Of a DNA stretch of 64,000 bases, positions 26,801 to 38,460 are shown in pieces (within the stretch, counting starts at the first letter, position 1; every line of letters begins with the position of its first letter). The notes under the pieces are model-generated. The model saw nothing but the letters and a program-made list of their open reading frames with translations, made no database searches and was not told the DNA's origin. The translations under genes and the position numbers were made by a program. Source of the DNA: Perna viridis (taxonomy: Eukaryota); contig CM074519.1 of the NCBI GenBank assembly GCA_037379345.1, forward strand, positions 38,404,103-38,468,102, read 5' to 3'.

Positions 26801-29362
26801 GGATATAATCAGTAGCGTTATGAAGGCCAAACCAGTGGAAGTTACAACGGTTTACCGGATAGGGAGGATAATCTATTTTGGATTGGTTTCTGTCAACAGC
26901 ATTTGCGGTCTAAAGTATTCAGTCAGCATATAGGTTTCATCAAAAACTTTCATGCTAGTATTAAGTAAAAGAAAATCAAGATGGCGGCTTTTGTCAACTT
27001 TATTTTATTTCTTTTTGTAATAATTTTATAATTTTAACAGTAAATCTCAGTGTCAAAGGACTTAAAGGTTTTCAAAAATTCGTACAAAAAGTTCTTTTGG
27101 ATACGACAGAGGCCTTAACCTTGAAACAGAATAAAATGCCTAAGTAATAGACATTTTCTAAATGCATCGGAATTTCATACTCAAGTATTTTTTCGGACCT
27201 AGGTTCTCCATAGATATATGACCATCTTGATTGCCTCGATAAATGTGAAGAGGCATTTTATCTGTCGCCTTAAATGATGTGATCAGAGGGTCTCACCTTT
27301 ACAAAGAGACAAACAGTTGTACAGTAATTTAGATAGTCCCCAACAAATTATCGAACGTCTCCAAAAAGGTTGAATATGAAAGTCAAATAAATCTACCTAA
27401 GTTAAACAAAGTCGACATATTTTTCCTTGTGAAAATTCGGAACTTGCAATTAAACAGTCATCGAAAGAGGACGTCTGAACGTCAAGAAGTCTCCAAACGT
27501 CGTATATAAATACGATACCTGTGAAACGTGGCGCGGAAATACAATTATTTTCCTATTTCGATAAGAACCGAGAGATACGATTGTGTCAAAATTCTAAGTC
27601 AAATGGGCGTTTGTTGATACGAGGATATAAAGGTATACTCGAATCGTTAGAAGTGTACTGTTAATGGGATTAAGAAATAAACATAGACACATTTCATGTC
27701 TAGTATTTTAATGTATGCAAGTATTAAGAAGGTAATTGGTTTATCTGAAATCGTAATAAGCTGTCTGAAACCCCTGCATTAAGAAAGCGCCGAATATCGA
27801 CTCGTCTCCATCACATGCTTCTCTTGATCCTAACATGTATTTGAAGGATTAATCTCAAAGCTTTCAAATATTCCAATCTTAAAACATTAAAGAATTTTAC
27901 CCACCTTTAAAGTTTTCGATAAAGTAAGCATATTTTGAAATTCAATATAATTGCGGTGCATCATTCCAAAGAAATGCATGTATACGTTGACCTTAGACAT
28001 TCATTGATATTGGTAAATTGAATAACAAGTTATTTACTGATTCATGGTTAAACAATGGTTTGAATTACCCGGTAGTATAGGACTGGTTAAAAGGTGGTAA
28101 AACGGATAAATCTCCGTGTTATCGTTCGTAAAACGATTGAAAAAAATCACTTTCATGGCATTATATGTAGTCTACAACTGTCTTGGTGAACAATTCAGCC
28201 GTTAAGAGAATATGAGCACATGTCTGCAACACATTTAGAATTTCACTGTGGTTAGATATAAAGAATTTTTCGGGAAGAAATATATCAAAGGAATCCACTC
28301 ATGATTACAACTGAAACCGAAATGGAATGATGATGTTCAATACATTTCAATCAGTATGAAATGAATAGTAAAACCAACACTCATCCTTTGACGGGAATAA
28401 TTCGATTACACTGCTTTTCAATTGTTTTAGAGCGTATGCGATAAATTTCCAGATAAATAGTAATGTCATTACGATATACAAAAAAGTGCAACGGAAAGAT
28501 ACAAATGTTCAAAATAGCTTCAATTAGTGTCTGTTTTATGAGATGGAGTTACTCTTTGTCACACTTTATTTGATATAAAGCTTTTTAAATCTTGTTATAC
28601 TCTCCTGTTGTCGATATTTTATATGACATTCGGAAGGCATCAAAGACCATTCCAGACTCCTCGGTAACAACCGCCATTTTGCAATATGCCGCCATATTCC
28701 CACCGAGACCTGTATAGATTATTGATAGGGATAAAATTATATTTAATTCGTTGAAATCATAAAACCATTTTCACTTATGGGTAGATTGTTACAGATATGC
28801 AATAACTTCGCGGCTTTGATATGATTTGTTCGGTGCATCGTCTCCATTTTATCGTAATGAAGCGTGAAATTTGCACTGTTCCGCAGATTCGTATCGCAAT
28901 CACTTTCTATAATTTCAACTACTTAAAGTTTTATATTCGCTCTCCTGTGGTGAATAATAACTTAACATGTTTCAAATTAACTTCAACAAAAATGGTAACA
29001 AGCAGTCACCAACATACACGAATAGAGATAACATGAGATCTTTGGCTCTGTTTAATACCTATACCTTGTAATTTTACTATTAATGTTCAAACTTTGTACA
29101 AAGAACGTGCTAATTTCACTCATTTAAAACCTGCACTTTAATCTACCTTTAAAAAACCACAATATCAATCTACCCCTCCTCTAGAATCCATTTATATCTG
29201 TTTTATGTTGCCGTGAAAGCTATCCTAGATTCTGACTCTAGCGTACCCTGCATTGAATAGTTCCTAAGTAAGAAACCAATTCATATGTTACATGTAGTAT
29301 GTCTAAAATTTCTGTATTAAACTGTACTTGTCATATGTTATAAGTAATAGTTGTTCATATAT

Positions 29363-29658
29363 AACAAAATATCGGAAGAATGGCTTAGAACTTAGAAGTT
29401 GTGGATTAGAACGTGGCCCCCAATGGACGAATGACAAAGTCAATTTCTTCTTGTACGATGAAACCTCAAAAGTCCTTCATATTGACATGTGATACAGGAG
29501 TTTCATAATGGCATAATCTGATGATGAAGGTTTGCAATTTTCATCGAATTCCATCAACGCATTTGGAAGAATTGCGGCTAAATGCTGGGGTTGGACGGAT
29601 GAACGAACGGACAGTATGATCACTATATACCTCTCGCTTTTAAGCGGGGCGAGGTATT
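29363..29658 (+). mobile_element. Helentron/HINE-like (DINE-1-type) non-autonomous element, degraded
   Basis: Degenerate (GGAC)n run GGACGGATGAACGAACGGAC, then CACTATATACC and terminal hairpin ATACCTCTCGC-TTTTAA-GCGGGGCGAGGTAT (29627-29657). 5' boundary approximate. Confidence 0.6.
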
Positions 29659-31119
29659 GTGAACATAATGTAGTAGTATGATCGGTGGACACAATTCTCC
29701 TCCTTCATCTCGTTAATTCACAAGGTCATGTCAATACCGAGAAGCAAGCAATTTATCATAAAGCGTATTTTAAAAGTACTAGCTTTGGAATACTATATAT
29801 TAACTATAATAATAGCAAAAGTCGAAAACTTTTGTGGTCATGAGCAAAGTGCAAATATAATACAGAAAATGTATTAGTCATGAAGATATTTTTTCCCTAA
29901 AATTCAAATCATTTTATGCATGTTCAAACAAAACTTGAAATTCATGTTAAATTGTGTAATTGCACACAATTGAACTGCTATGAATAATAAACTTTTACTT
30001 TAAAAATAAGTCAAAAAAAGTGTCTACTTTCTTATCTTTAAGTAGCTGTAATAGTCAATAATCATTTCATATTACTGCGATTTACTGAAATGATCGTCTG
30101 TTTTATCCAGCCAATTATAGTTCTGGGTATATCCAGTTTCCGCTTTGGCGGACGGCATTGGGTGCAGGCGATGCCCTGATAACGGTTATCACCATAAACA
30201 TATGAATTTTGATACAGTTTTAAATATTGTAAAATTAAGATAGATTGTAAATTTACAGATTTGTATTTAATCAGGATAACATGGCGAGAATCTGAGGCGA
30301 CATTAACAATCAACTACGGTCTGAATACACCAACCTATCTCCATATAGATTGTAACATGGAAAGTGTGAATTAAAAATATATCCAAAAGGCATAGATTAC
30401 AAACCTAAATGTTCAATAATTAGTCGCTAAGTTTAAATATTTTTTTGAAATTACTACAAAGTGAAAGCGATAAATTAAATAATCTAAAAGACTGATTCAT
30501 CATTTAAATTTTAGATAATATAAAGATTAGAATTGTTCAAAGGTGAAAGTTATTAACATAAACAGAGAACCTAAAAGACTCCTTGTAGTCTCAAAGCTAG
30601 AAACATTTCGTCTCGTTTAAACCTAAATATTACTTATACAGGCGTCACCGACTATCAGATGATTGCAGAATTTCAATATTCCTGATGAGATCAGCTCATC
30701 CAGCTAAAATAATACTATTAAATGCCTGGGTAGATTTATAATTCAATTTTTCACTTTCTAATTGACTAACACTGTCCATTCAATTCTAACTGTGACCAAT
30801 TGTTAATTCAAATTATTAATAAATATTTGAACCTTTAAACAAAACTTGAGGCAGTTTTTCTCACCTCGGCAGCAGTGGTTTATATAATACCGTAACCGAT
30901 TGTCTTGAGACAGATTGAATTTTAATACCATTTTGTACGCGTGAAATGTCGTTAAATTTTATAATTGTTAAAACTATAATCTGTTGACTTACATTAATAC
31001 AGTGTGGATATCCATGTCACCAGCAATGTACAGTAGAACAAAAGGCGGGTAGACACCGCAGGTTGTAGAACTACTATGGTCTTAGTTCTTACACTGTTGA
31101 GAAATTTTTAGAATTGTCG

Positions 31120-31269
31120 AGAAAGGGTAATCATGTCTCTTGTCTTTACCGTCATCAAGAAATGGTAATCGTGTCTCTTGCCTTTGCCATCATCAAGAAA
31201 GGGTAAGTATGTCTCTTGTCTTTGCCGTCATCAAGAAAGGGTAAGTATGTCTCTTGTCTTTACCGTCAT
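31120..31269. repeat. 38-bp minisatellite x4
   Basis: GAAAGGGTAA(T/G)(C/T)ATGTCTCTTGTCTTT(A/G)CCGTCATCAA starting at 31121, 31159, 31197, 31235. Confidence 0.9.
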
Positions 31270-33153
31270 TCAATACACAGATTTGTTATATACTTTGTCT
31301 CTCGTCATTAACTCATCCCAAACAAAAAATTGTTAGATCGAATGTTTTCATTTCTTTTTTTTGTAGCAAGTATCATTGGTGATAGTTTTTAGGTTTAAGG
31401 TACTTGTATATTCTACCATTTAGTTACTTTTGATTTGAGGATTTTTGTAGACGTAAAACTATAGAAAAGACGGAGATCAGATAGATTTAAACCAGCACAC
31501 ACAAACAAATATCCCTTTTGTAGACAATTCGTCGTGACAAGTACAACTTCATAGAATTGTTGTTCCATCCTGATCTGTGGAAACAGATCATTTATGTATT
31601 TTTTAAAAAATATTTTCATGCTTTTTTTCCATTATATATCACATTTTTAAGAATGCCCCATGGAACAGTATTTTAAATGATTTATACTTTCTTGGTTTTC
31701 TGGTTGCTGCATGTCTACTTGGACTAATCAGTGTCTTATTATGCAATATATATCTACATATTATATTACAGTGATGACAAGGAAATAACCAAATGACTTT
31801 ACTATTCCAACAAGACTAGACACAATAACGGATTGCGGTAAATATACAGAGGGTGTATATCAGCATTTTATGGCTCATCAACCCTCAAACAACACCGAAA
31901 GTAGTCTATTACCATCATGATTATGTGCAAAGATCATTACGCCAATTTATACCACACAAACAGTAAATCTGGTACAAGTTGTATACACATAAAAGTTAAT
32001 TTTATCTTCACTTTTCTATTGAGCTATGTCTATAAAAGTCGTTTTACACCCTTCTTTAAACACTCAAATTCATATTTAAAATCCATACAAAAGTCGTGTT
32101 TATTACGGCAAGGGTACTTGAGGCAGAAATTATCAAAATAGTGACCAGCCTGAGGATAAATATAGTCTCCTGTCGCCGAACTCTCTAGTTCTCAGACGCC
32201 CCTCTCCACTTAGTTTACTTATGTGTGTAAATTTAATACGCGAGGCGTCAGACTGGACCGAGAACGATCCAGCACTTAGAATGGCATTTACGAATTTTAA
32301 CACCTTAAGTATATTTCAAACTTTCTCTTCATTGCACATGTGATTTGTTCTGAATAAAATTAAAGTTTAAAGTAAATAGGATTCATTTCTCTATAAACAT
32401 TTGTTTAAGATTAACCATAAAAGAAAGGGCGGATCATCATACATACGATAGAATTTTAAAATCTTCACACCAAACTCGCCAAATATTAGGACTAATCCAA
32501 AATATGTGACGAAAGAACCGAAGGGACAACGACATCGAGACGGAGACTTTCCAAAAAACTATAACGTATTTATTGGTGGGATTTTATATATACATTGTAT
32601 TACTGCAAATAATTGTAAGAAAAAAATATATGTCAGTACCTCACAATAATATGCTTGGAAACTTGCAACCGCCTCCTAATTTACTACGTTTCACTCCGCT
32701 AGTTAACATGCAAAGCTTTAAAATATAATAGCGAATATACCCTCTGAGCAGGTGATTGAGCCAGATACGATGTTGTAAGACTTAACCTATACACGGAAAG
32801 ATCGCTTAGATTATGCAAGATGTGCTCACTAAGTAAAATTGAGGATGTAACTCACTTTTTAACAGAATATCCTTTTTATTATGATGTATGTAAAGAATTC
32901 TATTCATTTGTGAATATTACACATGCAAATGTTTTAAAGGCAATGATAATTTATTTAGATCTAAATGGTTACTAAACAACGAAGATCTATAAACCTCAAC
33001 GAATGTTTTAAGAAACTTGAAATTGTAATTTTATATTGTAATAGTATATACATTATGAATACATATATCATGTTAGTATTAATTCATGCTTATACTATCC
33101 TTGGATATATACAATTGTCTTGTGTTTATCATCGTAATTATTACGAAACCCAT

Positions 33154-33360
33154 GAGCGGATCTCGCACGACCGCCCCTTACGGGGATTCTGTTAGTAAAT
33201 GTCTGTTAGTAGTTGGAGGTAGCGGAGCCCAGCCTTCGGGATACCCGACCGAACAACTCAGAGTATGTCGTACTAGCGGCTGGGCTGTTCTGTTGACGCT
33301 CTGACCTACTCCCAGACCCCACGTGGGTCCAAGGGCGTTTACCCACTCTAACTGTTTGGA
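33154..33360 (+). other. GC-rich, highly self-complementary island (candidate structured RNA or TE leader)
   Basis: Several nested stems and one crossing helix; see findings. Confidence 0.4.
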
Positions 33361-34679
33361 AGTACGTCAACGTGAAGAGTGTAGGAAAATAAAGGTATTC
33401 CACTCTATTTATACGACTAGAAATCTCGGAAATTCATGGTGGTCACATGATCAAAACGAGACATCTCGGAAGAACCACATTAATTTCATTAAGCTTTATA
33501 AAAAAAACTCTTTGATGGCGTATTATTTCATATATAATCTACATATATCATTTCAAATATAAAATACAACAGAGCGTTCAAATAGCAATAATTTAAAAAT
33601 AGGGAGAAATGTATTAATAAATAAAGGCTTTCTTTAAGCATCGTGAAATACCCAAATAAATATATAACGGCGCCTTCAATTACAGACAAATCCGTAATGT
33701 TTAAGAACTGTAGTGTTGGGAAGTCGAGCCTTTATTGCTTCATTCATTGACCCGCGCCAAAATTACGGTATAAAATTCATTAACGCATATGTTGTCAGAG
33801 ATAACCTCATGTATTTATACAAACAATCTGATTGGCTATTACCAGTTTTGACTACAAATCTACTGGTTGCTTTCCGGTGTCATAAGTGGATTATCATATT
33901 GTGAAGCAGCCGCCGTAGTATATGATTGCTGCTTTCTTATGCGTAACAATCCTACAGAGACATATTTCTAACACTGGAATATACTACTTAAAATATCAAA
34001 GATAGTTTACACACGATAACAAGAAATTTGTCTGTTTTAATTCTCCTGTAATTGTCTGTTGATTGCCTTCAATGTCTTTCAATTTTGAACTTGGAATACT
34101 TATTTTACAGATAATTGAGATTACGGTTATTGTGCACGCTCCGAATACCGAGATATCTTGCGAACTTTTAAAAGTTTCCCCCTCCATTTTGGGCACATTT
34201 ATACATATCCATTTAGGAGAGTAAGCGACTTCAATGTCTTGTACAGATTTTTAAGTCTGATTTTTTTGCGACTGAATTATGTTTTTTCTTTATTTTATTC
34301 AGCATGAACAACCTTACAACTCCAATTTTAATGCAAACACGACACTTCCGTTTCCAAACTGTCTTCATCTTAAAAAAAAAATCTTTTCCCTGCACATGCC
34401 ACTTATCAATATGTTCATTGATTGAAAAAGTGTATTTTTGAAATATTTTCAGATGCTTGTTACCGTTTCAAAAAGACCTGTGCAGGGCTTTTTATTGTTG
34501 ATTAATTTTGAAAAAAAAAATTCTGAAAACAATATAAATGACATCGTCAAAACTTCGTTTTTGCGTTAAAATTATATTGTCCTCGCCTGAAAAAATAAAC
34601 AAGTGCGAGCGTTCACCCAAGTATTTCCCTTTGTTAATTGTATTAATTGTATTTTTTGTTCAACGTGTCAAAGTTTTCC

Positions 34680-34905
34680 TTTCCCCTTTCGTCTACTCCG
34701 GATTTGACTTTTTATTAGCATCTTGGTTCAGGTGTTTCTAGAAAAGCAGAGGACGCTTACCCTACCGGTGCACCTGGTCCATGCTCCCAGGTTTTAGTGG
34801 AGTCCGAGTACTCATTTACTTGTTTTTGTCTGTTTTCCATGTCTGGTCTTTGTCCCTGGATTACATTTTTTTCCGTTTGAATCTTGGTACTCTTCATTAC
34901 TCTTT
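34680..34905 (+). mobile_element. PLE-associated 3' tail repeat, copy C
   Basis: CAGGTGTTTCTAGAAAAGCAGAGGACGCTTACCCTACCGGTGCACCTGGTCCATGCTCCCAGG...GTCTGGTCTTTGTCCCTGGATTAC; internal deletion. Confidence 0.85.
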
Positions 34906-37429
34906 TTACTGGAAAATTCTTCACTATTAGTTACACAGAATGTTTAGAAGTCACGTATAATTTGTTTTGAATATTTTGTCTTTATTGTATTTTGAATACA
35001 TCAATTCAAAAATTATCGAAGCTTGAATTTATAAATTTTAAGGTTTACATTTCTTTATACGGTGTTTTTTTTTCTTCAAAGATTGAATTGAAAATCGTCA
35101 AAAACTTAAATTTGCAATTATGATTTAATCTATGATTAACATCTATTTATAAAATAGAAAATACTGTCTGAATCAGACAGTGTGTATCTGAAGACGTCTG
35201 ATATATAGGTTTGAATGGATTCAGCCACTTATATCGATTTAACTAATTATAATATCACTTTGATAATTTCTGTTACAACACGACTACTTCAGTAGATATA
35301 TAGATAGAAACTTATGTTGTCAGAAATTGACAAATCTCACGGCTTTGACGTTCAGGATTGTTGTCGCGTCGATAACTTCCGTAGATTTAGGATATTGATG
35401 TTACAATTAGCGTACTCTCCTATTTCAGAATTATCACGCTACAATTTCCACAAGTTTGACTTAATGTTACGTGTCAAGCTGGAGTTAAATACACAAACGA
35501 ATGCATGACATTACAACTGTTTTGCAAAATGATAGGATCTGAGTGATGAAAAACGTCCCTTATTATATTAGCTTGGTTGGTTATCAGTGGTGGGAATCTT
35601 ACTATCAAAAAATGTATTCAAATTAAACCATATTCTATTTCACTCATCAAAAACAATTTGGAAACATTATCCTATTCGTCTCTTATGAAATTGATTTTTT
35701 ATGATAAATGTTCATCAATTAGGTTTTGTTTCAATATGTGTTACTTCACAATCTGAAGAATGCCACTTCAGTGATATAGTAATAGCAATGTTTTTATACT
35801 TATTACATTAGCTGGCTGAAATAACCGCTTTCACGCAATGTTTGTACCCAACCGTCGGCAGTGACGCGTGTGCAGAGACATCTGTAGTGTCTTTGTTATA
35901 TTACTAACTGTTCTTTGATATCTCACTGCGAAGCTGTTGCTCATCAGTTATGTATTGTTTATCCATTTTGGGTCTTATTTGATTTTTTATAATGTCAAAG
36001 TTCATGCAATCTTTGAGGAAGTATTTTTTTCCCTGCTGATTGGAGACTTCACATCTCCAATGCAGATGGTACGTGTGCCACAAGTTTTTGTACTCATATT
36101 TCGGCGATTTTGTTTGTTTTTGTTTGTTTGTTTTTATCAAACTCTTATGTAAATTTTTTGAAATTTATTCATAATCATCATACAAGCTTCTTGAACTAAT
36201 GTTTGTCCTTTTCCTCCTTTTGATCCTTGTATCTTTGCTTTTGCTTTACATAGCCAATAATGTGTTGTACTGTGAACTTGAACGCTGTAATAATGTGTAG
36301 ACGGATGCTTCACGGTTTGTTCAATGTTTCACAGTTACAACTAAGTAATCAACTAACGGAGAGAAGAAGGCAGACCAGTGCTATTGTCGCAAGTTTTAAT
36401 TTTGATACATCAAGAAACATAACATTCTCACATTCTTTCTTCCAGAACAGAAGACCTGTCTCTGGATGTGTGAAAGTATTAGGTGACTGTACCTTTATCG
36501 CCGTGAGAATGTGTATTACCTTCTCACCTGTATTGAATTAGGACAATAACTGTAGACCAAGCATGTAACACTTTATTGCTGAAATCTGCTGGGTTTTCAC
36601 ACTTCTGCTTTATGTATGTAGATGATAAAAAATTATGAAAACTCATATATCTGAGATGTTTTGTATATGTGACATTGTCCGTGTAAAATCAGGCATGGCG
36701 GTATACATAAAATTTCGCTTTATCACTGAAATACATGACAATATAAGAAAGTACAATTTACTCTAATAATAGTGTTTAGAAAATAGAATGAAAAAATAAT
36801 GAAAAGTTGCATTCTTACTCGATTAACCGGGAAAAATAATGACGGGAATTTGAATAACTTTACGTCCGTCTTGCTTTATTATCTTAGATCAGCACTATTT
36901 TAAAATACAAATGATTGTTTCTAAGGTGCGTTGAATATATTCCAGCTTAATTCGACAAAGTTTTTGTTCTATTACTGTTATTACAGAACCCCCCTGATTC
37001 TTATATGAATCTGTATTTAGTAGCTTTGGCAGCGTGTTGCCACTGGAAAAAAACGATAAGAATTATATACCCTGAAAAAAAGTAATCCAGTGGAAAGCTA
37101 CTATCATTCTTGGATATTGCAAAGGATAATCACCTCATTGAGCATACACCGTCTTGCTACACAATTAACCATGGTAGGAGAAAGCGTATTATGTAATTGG
37201 TAAGGGGTAGAGCTCTACGCTTTTCCCTAGAAACCAAAACTGACAGAAACAGACACTGTACTATTGATGGAGGTTTGTACGGAACAACTAATGGATTCTC
37301 GTTTGGGTTCATAGGTGTTCTGTGGCAAAGAAAACAAAATGATAATCAGTAGTTTCACACATACTGACATTACATGGTAAAATGTGAAAATTCTGTTGCG
37401 AAAACATATAATGTATAAAGTCTAAAGGA

Positions 37430-37775
37430 TTATACAACGATACCGATAAAGATGTTTATACACTCTAATAAAATATATAATGAGCAAAATTTTCAGTCAA
37501 CTAATGACCGTCTTCAGCGTCTTGGAGTATGTATGAAAGTAAATGGTCTGTGAACACAACTCACTACCTAATCAGGTGAATGCCTGTGACGTATAAAATT
37601 TTATTGACAGTTAAGAAAGATCTTGAACTTTGTGTTATAGACACACGTTGTGTGCTGATCTTGAACACTGAACTACAGAACTAAAATATTTACAAACACT
37701 GTAATAAGAAACTACACCAAATAGGAAGAACCTAATGTTTTTTGTTAATTCCGTGTGGGTGTAAAACACAGAGTT
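37430..37775 (-). mobile_element. Penelope-like element 3' end / pseudo-LTR (C-terminal GIY-YIG endonuclease type)
   Basis: Minus strand 37773->37732 reads LCVLHPHGINKKH*, matching the L-x-T-L-x-P-x-G-L-N end of PLE GIY-YIG endonucleases; hammerhead motif ~215 nt downstream; abuts a (TG)11 microsatellite. Confidence 0.7.
37461..37529 (-). ncRNA. Minimal type I hammerhead ribozyme (PLE-type), probably decayed
   Basis: Minus strand: ACUCCAAGACG-CUGAAGA-C-GGUCA-UUAGU-UGACU-GAAA-AUUUUGC...UUAGAGUG. Core boxes CUGANGA/GAAA, 5-bp stem II, palindromic AAUU stem III, distal stem I ACUCCAA/UUAGAGU. Confidence 0.65.
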
Positions 37776-37780
37776 ACATA

Positions 37781-37802
37781 TGTGTGTGTGTGTGTGTGTG
37801 TG
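37781..37802. repeat. (TG)11 microsatellite
   Basis: Direct reading; borders the PLE remnant. Confidence 0.95.
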
Positions 37803-38460
37803 TTTTAGTAAGTTTTCTTATTTCAACTGGATTTTTTTTTCATTTTTTTTACCATTATTAATACAATGAACTTCAATGCTTCTATTCACATTTATGAGTA
37901 ACACTTATTTTCCGACTTAGTACAAATAAGTTTTGTATAATATTAAATCTGAAGACTCAAGTTTACAGCGATCTCTGATTTTTACATAGGTATAATGACC
38001 AACCCAAAAAGCACCAAGATTTATAACACGTGGACGATAAGATGATGGATTAGTTTGCACCAAACAAGTCCCTTCTTATATAAAACTCTGTGACACATAC
38101 TCTGATGTCTTCATACCAGTGAAGACCATGTCAGTCGGGTTCAATGGAAAGTTCACGGTTTCGTGGATTCTAATACTGAATTTATTAAGGAAAGTTTCTG
38201 ATTTTTAAACAAGAAATAGTCTTGTCAGGGACGGCTTACACTTTTTATATTTGTTTCTTTCGTGTAACCTGTCTGAAAAAAAATCAGATAGATTCGTATT
38301 CTAACCGTTATTTAATTTGGGATTAATACGTATCAATCGAAGGTATGAGGTCTGCTAAGTAGAGATGAGCAGCGATTAGAACCGGGTTCGAGGTCTAAAA
38401 ACGGCGACGTCAGAGACAAAAACAAAAACACTCATAGTTAAAAAGTAATCGTTAAAAAAA

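Noticed and set aside
33154-33360. Telomerase RNA, RNase P/MRP, 7SK or snRNA identity for the GC-rich island
   Set aside because: No CUAACCCU template, no P4 consensus boxes, no paired GAUC motifs and no Sm site recognisable; left unassigned.
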